Below are positions 1 through 9,322 of a stretch of DNA of 64,000 nucleotides, piece by piece. Position numbers and translations under genes: made by a program. The stretch is taken from the NCBI GenBank assembly GCA_963710165.1, contig CAVPYZ010000005.1, forward strand, positions 153,447 to 217,446, in the 5' to 3' direction. The notes beneath the pieces were generated by a model that did not search any database, had not been told where the DNA came from, and saw only the letters and a program-made list of their open reading frames with translations. Every line of letters begins with the position of its first letter. Position 1 is the stretch's first letter. Origin of the DNA: an uncultured Alphaproteobacteria bacterium. Lineage in GTDB: Bacteria > Pseudomonadota > Alphaproteobacteria > Micavibrionales > Micavibrionaceae.

Positions 1-1
1 T

Positions 2-691
2 AATCTTTTTGAACATATACTACATCCGCTATGGGATAATGTGTGTAAAGACGCGCACATGCCCCCGCATGTATTGGGCTATTGCTTGGGTGGTACATTG
101 GCGGCAACATTTTTTTCACAGCCAAAACAAACGCTCCCTGCATCGCTCACCTTTTTGGCAACACCGTTCGATTTCAGCGTTGATCATGCGTCATGGTCGT
201 ATGTGATTGATCATCCACATCATATAAAAAGCCAGATCCGCATACAGAACTGCCTGAGCCAGCGAATGCTGCAATCACATTTTATCAACGTGCAACCGAC
301 TTTCATCATCAATAAATTCAAAGCATTTCTAAACATGACGCAGGGCAGTTTTGAGGAACAGCGTTTTATCGCCGTTGAACGCTGGCTGAATGAAGGCCCA
401 GACGTGCCAATGGAGTTATCGCTTGATCTAATTGAACATTATTTTGTGCAGAATAAAGCCCTGGAGGATTTACAGCGCCTTCCCGATATTTCGCATACGA
501 TTATATATTCCGAAAATGACCAGATTGTGCCTTATGCCTCTGCAATTAAGATTAAATATTTTCATAAGAACGTTGGCGTTATTCAAACAGATTGCGGTCA
601 TGTGGGAATGATGGTTGGACGCGGGGCAAAGGAAACGGTCTGGCATCCTTTTACAGAACGCCTGAAAGCTTTCGCGGCGCAACAAATTTAG
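2..691 (+). CDS. phaC: PHA synthase (PhaC)-like alpha/beta hydrolase, C-terminal part; 5' end lies outside the window
   Basis: Frame 2 is open from the window edge. It has a lipase-box-like GYCLGG (G-x-C-x-G-G with Cys nucleophile), then ENDQIVP (Asp) and DCGHVG (His). Thiolase and acetoacetyl-CoA reductase genes follow directly. Confidence 0.7.
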   Translation, partial: NLFEHILHPLWDNVCKDAHMPPHVLGYCLGGTLAATFFSQPKQTLPASLTFLATPFDFSVDHASWSYVIDHPHHIKSQIRIQNCLSQRMLQSHFINVQPTFIINKFKAFLNMTQGSFEEQRFIAVERWLNEGPDVPMELSLDLIEHYFVQNKALEDLQRLPDISHTIIYSENDQIVPYASAIKIKYFHKNVGVIQTDCGHVGMMVGRGAKETVWHPFTERLKAFAAQQI

Positions 692-746
692 TCTCTTGTA
701 AAGTTACAGGGGCGCGATATGTTGGTGGGGAAAAGGAGAAAACCTC

Positions 747-1922
747 ATGTCTGACCCCGTTGTAATTGTTGCGGCAAAACGCACCCCCATAGGAAATTTT
801 GGCGGAGGGCTTGCCAATGTTCCTGCCTTTAAACTGGGCGCTACCGTGCTACAGAATATCTTTGAAGTAACAAAGATCAAAGCGGAGGAGATTGACGATG
901 TTATTCTGGGACAGATTTTAACAGCGAACCAAGGGCAAAATCCCGCGCGTCAGACCTTGATCGAAGCAGGTATTCCCAAAGAAAAAACAGCGATTACAAT
1001 TAATCAGGTTTGCGGGTCTGGCTTGCGCGCCGTGGCAATGGGAATGCAGGCAATTCTGTGCGGCGATAGCGATATTGTGGTCGCAGGCGGGCAGGAAAAT
1101 ATGAGCATGAGCCCGCATGCCATGCACATGCGCGACGGTATTAAATTTGGCGATGCCACCATGAAAGATACCATGATTGTGGACGGGTTATGGGACAGTT
1201 TCAATGATATTCATATGGGCATTACGGCGGAAAATATTGCAGAAAAGTGGGGCTTGTCCCGCGAAGATCAAGACGCTTTTGCTGCATCGTCACAGAACAA
1301 GGCCGAGGCGGCAATGAAAGCAGGAAAATTTAAAGATGAAATCGTTCCTGTCATCGTGCCGAATCGCAAAGGGGATATTACGATAGATACAGACGAATTT
1401 CCCCGCGCAGGCGCAACGGCGGAAGGTCTAGGGAAACTTCGTCCGGCCTTTAAGAAAGATGGAACAGTGACCGCAGGAAACGCATCCGGCTTGAATGACG
1501 GGGCGGCGATTGTTCTGTTAATGAAAGAAAGCGAAGCGCAAAAGCGCGGCTTAACACCCCTTGCCAAAATTACCTCATGGGCAACGGCGGGTGTTGCCCC
1601 CGAAATCATGGGGACGGGTCCAATTCCGGCGAGTAAAAAAGCGTTGGAAAAAGCGGGCTGGACGAAAGATGACCTTGATCTGATTGAATCAAATGAAGCC
1701 TTTGCGGCGCAGTCACTTTGCGTCATGAAAGACCTGGGCCTTGATGCATCGAAAGTCAATGTAAACGGCGGTGCAATTGCGTTGGGGCACCCTATCGGGG
1801 CGTCGGGATGTCGCGTTTTGGTCACGTTGCTCCACGAAATGACCCGACGTGACGCGCATAAGGGGCTTGCCACATTATGTATTGGCGGCGGCATGGGAAT
1901 TGCCCTGTGCGTTGAAAGATAA
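747..1922 (+). CDS. phaA: acetyl-CoA acetyltransferase (thiolase II)
   Basis: 391 aa with thiolase motifs [11 protein letters not shown] (active-site Cys), [11 protein letters not shown] and C-terminal CIGGGMG. AAGGAG lies upstream of the ATG. Confidence 0.93.
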   Translation: MSDPVVIVAAKRTPIGNFGGGLANVPAFKLGATVLQNIFEVTKIKAEEIDDVILGQILTANQGQNPARQTLIEAGIPKEKTAITINQVCGSGLRAVAMGMQAILCGDSDIVVAGGQENMSMSPHAMHMRDGIKFGDATMKDTMIVDGLWDSFNDIHMGITAENIAEKWGLSREDQDAFAASSQNKAEAAMKAGKFKDEIVPVIVPNRKGDITIDTDEFPRAGATAEGLGKLRPAFKKDGTVTAGNASGLNDGAAIVLLMKESEAQKRGLTPLAKITSWATAGVAPEIMGTGPIPASKKALEKAGWTKDDLDLIESNEAFAAQSLCVMKDLGLDASKVNVNGGAIALGHPIGASGCRVLVTLLHEMTRRDAHKGLATLCIGGGMGIALCVER

Positions 1923-1945
1923 AAATAAACAGAAAGATAAATATT

Positions 1946-2674
1946 ATGAGCGATAAGAAAATAGCCATCATCACAGGCGGAACCAGAGGGATTGGTCTGT
2001 CAATCTCAAAACAGTTGAAGGAAGACGGTTTTGATATTGTAGCCTTTTATAACGGCAACAAGGACGCCGCGAAAAAGTTTGAGGCCGATACAGGTGGAAA
2101 AGCCATGCAGGTGGATGTCTCTGATTTTAATGCGTGTCAAAAGGCCGTTGAAAAGATTGAGAAAGACCACGGCGAAATTCATATACTTGTGAATAATGCG
2201 GGTATTACACGTGACCGCGTCTTTCATAAAATGGAAGAAAAAGACTGGCATGATGTCATCGGGACAAACCTGAATTCCTGTTTCAATATGTGCCGCGCGG
2301 TTATTCTAAACATGCGTAGCCGTAAAGCAGGGCGCATCATCAATATTTCCTCCATCAACGGGCAAAAGGGACAGTTCGGACAAACCAATTATGCGGCGGC
2401 AAAAGCGGGTATGATCGGCTTTACAAAATCGCTCGCGCTTGAAAATGCCAGCCGTAAAATTACTGTCAATGCCATTTGCCCAGGATATATTGCCACCGAT
2501 ATGACCAGCGCCATGTCTGCGGACGTGTTACAGGCGATTATTAATCAAATCCCTGTCGGGCGCATGGGTGAGCCGGAAGAAATTGCCAATACTGTTTCAT
2601 TCCTCGCGAGCGAGAAATCCGCTTTTGTGACGGGTGCAACTCTGTCTGTTAATGGCGGTCAATACATGGCATAA
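1946..2674 (+). CDS. phaB: acetoacetyl-CoA reductase (SDR family)
   Basis: 242 aa with TGGTRGIG Rossmann motif, NNAGIT and YAAAKAG (Y-x3-K). It sits 23 nt after the thiolase gene. Confidence 0.9.
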   Translation: MSDKKIAIITGGTRGIGLSISKQLKEDGFDIVAFYNGNKDAAKKFEADTGGKAMQVDVSDFNACQKAVEKIEKDHGEIHILVNNAGITRDRVFHKMEEKDWHDVIGTNLNSCFNMCRAVILNMRSRKAGRIINISSINGQKGQFGQTNYAAAKAGMIGFTKSLALENASRKITVNAICPGYIATDMTSAMSADVLQAIINQIPVGRMGEPEEIANTVSFLASEKSAFVTGATLSVNGGQYMA

Positions 2675-2681
2675 TTATTTT

Positions 2682-3254
2682 ATGAGCCCACCCAATAAAC
2701 GCGACCCCATCGTTCTTGAACGCCGCTTTGTGTCTAAAGATTCCCTGATTATCGAACAGGGAGAGCAGGGCAATTGCGCCTTTTTGGTTCAATCCGGTTC
2801 AATTTTGATTTTTACCAATAAAGAAAATCCGGATAAAACTGATAAGGGGGCGCAAATCGATCTGGCAACGATTAATGCCGGAAGTATTTTCGGGGAAATG
2901 GCACTGCTATTTGATGGACCGCGCACAGCCAGCGCCAAAGCGCTTGAAGATTGTAATTTGATTGTGCTGACACGGCAGGTATTCGAAAATAAAATGGAAA
3001 AAAGCGACCCGACCGTACGCGCGCTTTTGAAAATGCTGACCGAACGTATTATCCATTCCAATAATACCGTCATTAATAAAAAAAGCGATATCAACGACCT
3101 GACCGAAACAACGCGTATTATCTACGATAACATCATGCAGGGCTTACCACGCGCGCAACAACGCATGTTTGACAGTGCGGTTCTGCCAAAGTTAGAGGGC
3201 TTTTTAACATCCGTTCAGGATTTTAAAGAAAGATTTAAAGACGATCAAAAGTGA
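2682..3254 (+). CDS. cyclic-nucleotide-binding (CAP effector-type) domain protein with no recognisable output domain
   Basis: ATG at 2682 lies 8 nt after the phaB stop; the longer ORF from 2634 overlaps phaB. It has FGEMALL...RTASAKA, typical of the cNMP-binding beta-roll. I saw no HTH. Confidence 0.75.
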   Translation: MSPPNKRDPIVLERRFVSKDSLIIEQGEQGNCAFLVQSGSILIFTNKENPDKTDKGAQIDLATINAGSIFGEMALLFDGPRTASAKALEDCNLIVLTRQVFENKMEKSDPTVRALLKMLTERIIHSNNTVINKKSDINDLTETTRIIYDNIMQGLPRAQQRMFDSAVLPKLEGFLTSVQDFKERFKDDQK

Positions 3255-3290
3255 CATCGGGAAGCAGTATCCTGAAGCCGTTCATGATAT

Positions 3291-4895
3291 TTAGTGTTTG
3301 AAATGACGCATTCCTGTAAAGGCCATGGCGATACCACGCTCATTTGCCGCGGCAATAACCTCTTCATCACGCATTGATCCGCCGGGTTGAATAATGGCTG
3401 TTGCGCCCGCTTCTGCGATTGTAATCAAACCATCAGCAAACGGGAAAAATGCATCAGACGCGGCAACTGACCCCTTTGTAAGCGGGTCAATAAAACCCTG
3501 TTCTTTTGCGGCGTCCAAAGATTTCTTAACGGCGATGGTCGCGGAATCAACACGGCTCATCTGTCCTGCGCCAATGCCAACTGTTGCGTTATTTTTTGCA
3601 TAAACAATGGCATTCGATTTCACATGCTTGCACACCTTAAAGGCAAACAGCATATCCTGCATTTCCTCATCTGTTGGTTCGCGGTCCGTCACAATTTTCA
3701 AATCCTGCTCTGTAATGACGCCGTTATCTGCGTCTTGCACCAATAAACCGCCAGCAATGCTTTTCACTGCGGCGCGGGCTTGACCGGGTTTGGGAAGTGC
3801 ACCTGTTGTTAAAACACGTAGGTTCTTTTTGCTTTTCAAAACTTCTAACGCGCTGGCGGAGACAGACGGCGCAATAATTACTTCGCTAAAGACCTTAATA
3901 ATCTCTGCCGCGGTTTCTTCATCAAGCGTTTTATTAAGGGCTATAATCCCGCCGAAGGCGCTGACCGGATCACAGGCAAGCGCGTGGCGATAGGCTTCTA
4001 ACGGTGTTTCACCAACGCATACACCACATGGATTGGCGTGTTTGATAATGGCAATGGCGGGTTGTTCGAATTCCGCAACCAGTTCGAATGCAGCGTCAGT
4101 ATCATTTAGATTGTTATAGGACAGCTCTTTTCCTTGAATTTGGGAGGCTGTGGCAACGCCGGGGCGCTTTGATGTGTCCAAGTAGAGCGCCGCTTTTTGA
4201 TGCGGGTTTTCACCATAGCGTAATTCCTGCTGTAGAGTTCCTGAGAAACTGATACGGCGCGGATAACTCTCACGGTCAATTTGTCTCGAGAACCAACTGG
4301 CAATGTTTGAATCATAAGTGGCTGTGAGAGCGTAGGCATTTGCCGCCAAACGACGACGTAGCTCATGGCTGACCGATCCGTCATGTTGCGTCATTTCTTC
4401 CAATACGCGGTTATAATCCTGCGGGTCTGTAATCACCGTCACAAAAGCATGATTTTTTGAAGCGGCACGGATCATGGCAGGACCGCCAATATCAATGTTT
4501 TCAATACATGTATCAAAATCTGCACCGCTCTCGACTGTTTGTGCAAAGGGATATAAATTTACAACCAGAAGATCAATGTCGCGAATGCCGTTCTCAGCCA
4601 TCGCCTCTTGATGTGTTTCATTATCACGAACAGCGAGTAAGCCGCCGTGAATTTTTGGATGAAGCGTTTTAACGCGACCATTCATAATTTCGGGAAAGCC
4701 GGTTTCTTCTGAAACGTCTTTCACAGGGATGTTATTTTCTTTTAAAAGCTTTGACGTTCCACCGGTTGAGAGGATTTCAACGCCCTTTTCATGCAGCGCT
4801 TTTGCAAATTCCAAAACACCGTCTTTATCGGAAACGGAAATAAGGGCGCGGTTGATTTTGACGGCTTTGGGATCGGCAATACGATTAGAAGACAT
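3291..4895 (-). CDS. purH: bifunctional AICAR formyltransferase / IMP cyclohydrolase
   Basis: 534 aa. The N-terminus is MGS-like ([13 protein letters not shown]). The C-terminal AICARFT domain ends in [10 protein letters not shown]. Confidence 0.97.
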   Translation of the reverse strand: MSSNRIADPKAVKINRALISVSDKDGVLEFAKALHEKGVEILSTGGTSKLLKENNIPVKDVSEETGFPEIMNGRVKTLHPKIHGGLLAVRDNETHQEAMAENGIRDIDLLVVNLYPFAQTVESGADFDTCIENIDIGGPAMIRAASKNHAFVTVITDPQDYNRVLEEMTQHDGSVSHELRRRLAANAYALTATYDSNIASWFSRQIDRESYPRRISFSGTLQQELRYGENPHQKAALYLDTSKRPGVATASQIQGKELSYNNLNDTDAAFELVAEFEQPAIAIIKHANPCGVCVGETPLEAYRHALACDPVSAFGGIIALNKTLDEETAAEIIKVFSEVIIAPSVSASALEVLKSKKNLRVLTTGALPKPGQARAAVKSIAGGLLVQDADNGVITEQDLKIVTDREPTDEEMQDMLFAFKVCKHVKSNAIVYAKNNATVGIGAGQMSRVDSATIAVKKSLDAAKEQGFIDPLTKGSVAASDAFFPFADGLITIAEAGATAIIQPGGSMRDEEVIAAANERGIAMAFTGMRHFKH

Positions 4896-4971
4896 GGCTT
4901 TTATTCATTCTCTATTTGTTGATAATACTGTTTTATGGGCAAATAAAATAAATCGCAATAAACATATGATA

Positions 4972-5793
4972 TTATTTTGATGCAACCTGATAAATATCGG
5001 CGTGATCTTTGACGGATGACAGTGTATCTGTGAATTGTAAAATCTCTTCATCCTGACCAAAGGCGATATAGCCGTTTTGTTGTATTTTCTGTGACAGATC
5101 ATCAAGGACGCTGGTCTTTAGAATATGGTCAAAATTCTGTAAAACATTGCGGCAGAGGATAAGATCATAAGTATCAAGAGTGCGGATATCTTCTATCAAG
5201 TTAAAATGTTTGAAAGTTATATGATCCTTCAATTGTTTCTTTGCCGTCCAATGTTTATCATCTTGTTCAAAATGCTCCATCAAGGTTGTGACTGGTAAAC
5301 CGTTTTGAACGTCGGATTGTGAATAGGTTCCGGCCTTTGCCTTTTTCAAAGAGCGTTTCGATATATCTTTGGCATCAACAAAAAATTTGAAGGTCGGAAG
5401 ATAATCTTTTAATGGTTTTTCTTTAAATAACAGAGCTAGGGAGTAGGCTTCCTGACCCGTCGAACATCCAATGCATAAAATCTTTATTGTTCGATCAAAA
5501 CTTTTCTTGGCAATTATATCGGGAATAATATCTACCTTAAGCGCGTTAAAAAAGTCAGTATCCCTAAAAAATGCGGTTTCGCCATCTGTCATGGCTTCGA
5601 CCACGTCATGGATCAGTTTTTTATCTGGCATCCTTGCAAGGTCAACTGTCATATGATTAAGATCAACATACCCCCATTCTTTGGCCACCAAGGTAAGTCT
5701 TGAGCTTAAAACATAAGCTTGATCGGAGGAAAGGTATAACCCCGCATATTTCCGTAGAAATTCTTTGTAAAAGTCAAAATCCTTAATCTTCAT
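4972..5793 (-). CDS. cheR: CheR-type protein-glutamate O-methyltransferase
   Basis: 273 aa with a CheR N-terminal helical region (ETAFFRD) and SAM-binding IKILCIGCSTGQEAYSLA. Confidence 0.9.
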   Translation of the reverse strand: MKIKDFDFYKEFLRKYAGLYLSSDQAYVLSSRLTLVAKEWGYVDLNHMTVDLARMPDKKLIHDVVEAMTDGETAFFRDTDFFNALKVDIIPDIIAKKSFDRTIKILCIGCSTGQEAYSLALLFKEKPLKDYLPTFKFFVDAKDISKRSLKKAKAGTYSQSDVQNGLPVTTLMEHFEQDDKHWTAKKQLKDHITFKHFNLIEDIRTLDTYDLILCRNVLQNFDHILKTSVLDDLSQKIQQNGYIAFGQDEEILQFTDTLSSVKDHADIYQVASK

Positions 5794-6184
5794 GATCGAA
5801 ACCGGTCTTCATATCTTTATCAATAATATTGGTCTGGATAAGCTTTGTTTTAATGATTTTGCTATCAAACGGCTTCATAATATATTCGTTGGCGCCGGCT
5901 TTCATACCACGGGTAATAAGCGACATGTCGTTTTCCGTTGTACAAAAAATGATGGTCGGATGATTCCCGTTATCCAAAGATCGTATTTGTTCCACACATT
6001 CCAAGCCGTTCATAACAGGCATGTTCCAATCGAGAAAGATAACGTCCGGCATATCTTTTTTACATACTTCAAATGCGTCCAAACCGTTTTCGGCTTCGCT
6101 GCATACCAGATCAAACTCCTCTAAAATGCGGTAGAGCACTTTACGTACAACGTGGCTATCATCAACAACAAGGCAAGATTTCAT
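5783..6184 (-). CDS. single-domain CheY-like response regulator
   Basis: 133 aa with VVDDS, FLDWNMPVMNG (acceptor Asp) and IMKPF. It overlaps cheR by 11 nt. Confidence 0.85.
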   Translation of the reverse strand: MKSCLVVDDSHVVRKVLYRILEEFDLVCSEAENGLDAFEVCKKDMPDVIFLDWNMPVMNGLECVEQIRSLDNGNHPTIIFCTTENDMSLITRGMKAGANEYIMKPFDSKIIKTKLIQTNIIDKDMKTGFDHED

Positions 6185-6195
6185 GGGTGGTCTTT

Positions 6196-6858
6196 TCAGT
6201 CTTCGCGTTCCGGCATGGTGAGGGTTATAGACGCTTTTCCGTCTTCAACGTCGCTAATCTCTGCCTCATATCCGTATTCACGCATAAAAATACCTGTGAC
6301 ATAGGGATGAATTGTTCTGGGATCCAGTTCACCTTCTGATGAAGATAGGGATGTGCTGAAAATCTTGTCTTTGGCTTTTTTCCAGTGTTTTTCATCAACC
6401 CCTTCCAGATCAAGAGTCATAGTGGTTTCATCACAACCTAGAGTCAACGTACCACCGCGCGGCATTGTTTCATGCGCCAGAAATAAAATACATCCCAGAA
6501 TTCTGTTCATGGCGGGTCGTCCGGCAAGAGGCATTTGTCGATCTGGATTAGGGACATTCAATGTTGATTTCTGGTCACCATCCAAAAACCCCTGAAAAGC
6601 GTCAAAAACCTGATACGGCTTTATGGAGGGGTCGTTCCCGCCAGCGCCATAGGCAAAGCGCATAAGCTGTAATTTGCGTGATGTTTGTTTTGCGGAATGG
6701 GCAATCAGCTCAATCACTTCTTCGCCCGCATCCTCGCCAAGCTCTTCAAACAGTTCAATGCCGTTATTAATCGCGCTGACAGGCGAGATCAGGTCGTGGC
6801 ATATACGGGAAGATAAAAGTTCGAGAACACGAACATCAATAGAATCATTTTCACTCAT
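6196..6858 (-). CDS. chpT: ChpT-family histidine phosphotransferase
   Basis: 220 aa. SRICHDLISPVSAINNGIELFEE and LQLMRFAYGA match my recollection of Caulobacter ChpT (RLCHDFISPASAI, LQFTRVAFGA). Confidence 0.75.
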   Translation of the reverse strand: MSENDSIDVRVLELLSSRICHDLISPVSAINNGIELFEELGEDAGEEVIELIAHSAKQTSRKLQLMRFAYGAGGNDPSIKPYQVFDAFQGFLDGDQKSTLNVPNPDRQMPLAGRPAMNRILGCILFLAHETMPRGGTLTLGCDETTMTLDLEGVDEKHWKKAKDKIFSTSLSSSEGELDPRTIHPYVTGIFMREYGYEAEISDVEDGKASITLTMPERED

Positions 6859-6909
6859 CTAAGAAAGGTAGGCGCGATGAGTGAAAAAGTCCAGATTCCT
6901 GTTTAATTT

Positions 6910-8310
6910 CTAGCTAAGGTCGATATCAAACCCGCATGCGGCCAATGTATTTTGCAAATTTGTTTTCACAGCTTCCAAATCTTCTTTGGTGTTTGCTTCG
7001 GCTCTGGCAACGATACAAGGTTGTGTGTTAGATGCACGTAGCAACCACCATCCCTGATCCATTGTGACGCGCGCGCCATCTGTTTCATCCAGCATACCTT
7101 GATCAGGCAGGGATTCTTTCAAATGGTTTTGAACTTTTGTGACCAGCTTGAATTTCTCGGCTTCGCTCACATCAATACGCATTTCCGGCGTATTGATCGG
7201 GCGCGGCATATCTGCCATCAAATCGGATAGTTTAATTGCTTGATCTTCATCAGTATCGCAAAGTTGTGCCAACAGGCGCACCGCGCAATAAAGCGCATCA
7301 TCAAAACCGTAATACTTATCGGCAAAGAAAATGTGACCACTTAATTCACCGGCAAGTGGTGCGTTGGTTTCCGCCATTTTTGATTTGATCAAAGAATGTC
7401 CTGTTTTCCACATGATGGGTGTACCGCCCATATCCTTAATTGATTGGAAGAGGGCATTACTGCATTTGACATCCGCAATAATCGGAGAGCCTGGCATGTT
7501 CTTTAAAACTTCCTGTGCATAAACCGCCAATAACATATCGCAACGTATAATACGCCCCTTATCATCAATCACACCGATACGATCGCCATCACCGTCAAAG
7601 GCAATCCCCAGATCACATTTCTGGTCGATAACAGCCTTCTTCAGGTCGGCAACATTTGCATCGACTGTCGGGTCTGGATGATGGTTCGGGAAGTCACCGT
7701 CAATTTCTGTATAAAGCAGGATATGCTCGCCCGGTAATTTTTTGACCAGTTTATGAAGAACATCACCTGCGGAACCGTTTCCTGCGTCCCATGCTATTTT
7801 GACGTCTTTGTTAATATTGATGTCTCTTAACAAACGTTCAACATAGGTATCATTGATATCAGTTTCGCGCATACTGCCTTGACCGTCTTCAAAATCACCT
7901 GCAGCGGCGATATCGGCAAGTTCTTTGATTTGCGCACCATAAACAGGACCGCTTTGAAGGGTCATTTTAAAGCCGTTCATGTCGGACGGATTATGTGAAC
8001 CCGTAATCATAATCCCGCCATCAGCCATGTGATCTTTCACCGCGAAATAGAGTAGGGGCGTTGGACCAAGCCCCACACATTCAACGGACATACCCGTATC
8101 AATCAGGCCTTTAACCAGTTGCTTTTCGAATTTAGGGGAGCTGTGACGACCGTCATATGCCACACATACCGAACTGCCGCCATTGCGTTTGATTTTTGTG
8201 CCAAACGCACGACCCAGATAATAGGCATCTGTTTCATTCAGATTAACGTCAACAGTACCGCGAATATCATATTCACGAATAATATCGGGATGAAAATTGT
8301 GGCTGGTCAT
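6910..8310 (-). CDS. phosphomannomutase/phosphoglucomutase
   Basis: It has TGSHNPSDMNGFK (active Ser), GIAFDGDGDR (Mg site) and GELSGH. I prefer the ATG at 8310 (MTSHNF...), 1 nt after the galU stop. The tracked ORF extends to 8337. Confidence 0.9.
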   Translation of the reverse strand: MTSHNFHPDIIREYDIRGTVDVNLNETDAYYLGRAFGTKIKRNGGSSVCVAYDGRHSSPKFEKQLVKGLIDTGMSVECVGLGPTPLLYFAVKDHMADGGIMITGSHNPSDMNGFKMTLQSGPVYGAQIKELADIAAAGDFEDGQGSMRETDINDTYVERLLRDININKDVKIAWDAGNGSAGDVLHKLVKKLPGEHILLYTEIDGDFPNHHPDPTVDANVADLKKAVIDQKCDLGIAFDGDGDRIGVIDDKGRIIRCDMLLAVYAQEVLKNMPGSPIIADVKCSNALFQSIKDMGGTPIMWKTGHSLIKSKMAETNAPLAGELSGHIFFADKYYGFDDALYCAVRLLAQLCDTDEDQAIKLSDLMADMPRPINTPEMRIDVSEAEKFKLVTKVQNHLKESLPDQGMLDETDGARVTMDQGWWLLRASNTQPCIVARAEANTKEDLEAVKTNLQNTLAACGFDIDLS

Positions 8311-8311
8311 A

Positions 8312-9244
8312 TCAGGCAACTCCTTTAAGTTTGTCATTTGCTCTTATCTCATCTGCTAGTTTTAATATTTCTTTTTTGACGTTTCCACCAATTTTCGGAT
8401 CGATTAGGCCATAGGCCATGTTGGCCTTGATAAAGCCTGCACGTCGTCCTGCATCATGACGCACACCTTTAAATTTCATGGCGTGGAATGGTTGTGAACC
8501 AATTAATTTTGCCATGTTGTCAGTCAGCTGTATTTCTCCGCCTGCGCCTGTTTCAAATGATTCCAGCTTCTCAAATACTTCCGGCTGTAGAATATAGCGT
8601 CCGATTATGGACAGGTTAGAGGGTTGCTCGCCTTGCTTGGGTTTTTCAACCAGACCATCAACAGAAACAATATTATTTTTTGTATCATCACTGGTGTCAA
8701 CAATACCGTAATTTTGTGCTTCTTCATGCGGCACTTCTTCAACGGCTACAATATTCCCGCCTTTTTCATTATAGACCTCAACCATTTGTGACAGACAGCT
8801 GACATCGTTTTGGATCAATTCATCAGGAAGCAATATCGCAAAAGGCTCATCACCAACCAAGTGTTTGGCGCACCAAATGGCATGTCCTAAACCCAGCGGT
8901 TTATTCTGGCGGGTTAGGAAAAACTTTCCTTCGGGCATGTGGGTCTGACGAACCTTGTCCAGTTCCTCTTCTTTATGACGATCTTTCAACGTTGCCATTA
9001 ATTCCGGCTGGTAATCAAAATGCTCTTCCAGCATTTCTTTATTGCGTCCTGTAACAAAGATAAACTCCTCAATACCTGCTTGTTTTGCTTCTTCAACAAC
9101 GTGTTGTATCAGGGGGCGATCATTGATTGGCAACATTTCTTTTGGCAAGACTTTCGTAACAGGAAGGAACCGCGTTCCCAAACCCGCAACCGGAAAAACG
9201 GCTTTGCGGACAGGTTTAAATTCTTGCGACGTGTTCGTAGTCAT
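8312..9244 (-). CDS. galU: UTP--glucose-1-phosphate uridylyltransferase
   Basis: 310 aa with N-terminal AVFPVAGLGTRFLPVTKVLPKEMLP. Confidence 0.93.
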   Translation of the reverse strand: MTTNTSQEFKPVRKAVFPVAGLGTRFLPVTKVLPKEMLPINDRPLIQHVVEEAKQAGIEEFIFVTGRNKEMLEEHFDYQPELMATLKDRHKEEELDKVRQTHMPEGKFFLTRQNKPLGLGHAIWCAKHLVGDEPFAILLPDELIQNDVSCLSQMVEVYNEKGGNIVAVEEVPHEEAQNYGIVDTSDDTKNNIVSVDGLVEKPKQGEQPSNLSIIGRYILQPEVFEKLESFETGAGGEIQLTDNMAKLIGSQPFHAMKFKGVRHDAGRRAGFIKANMAYGLIDPKIGGNVKKEILKLADEIRANDKLKGVA

Positions 9245-9322
9245 TATACTCTCCTATGACTGGGATTCAATATGATGTTGCAATGCCATACTAACCTTAT
9301 AAATGCAAGTGCTTTAATAATT

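Noticed and set aside
1268-1894. A 208-aa ORF antisense to the thiolase gene. Similar long antisense ORFs occur at 16095-16499, 34934-35461, 47396-48181 and 58596-59141.
   Set aside because: Each lies fully inside, and opposite to, a gene with unmistakable family motifs (thiolase, uvrB, secA, the pentapeptide-repeat gene, pth/ychF). Their translations are low-complexity (Ser/Ala/Arg/Pro-rich) and lack motifs. They are typical shadow ORFs.
4896-4971. Possible ZTP (pfl) riboswitch upstream of purH.
   Set aside because: The 76-nt spacer is very AT-rich and lacks any GGGUCG...CCGGGCG...CCUGGG-like elements.
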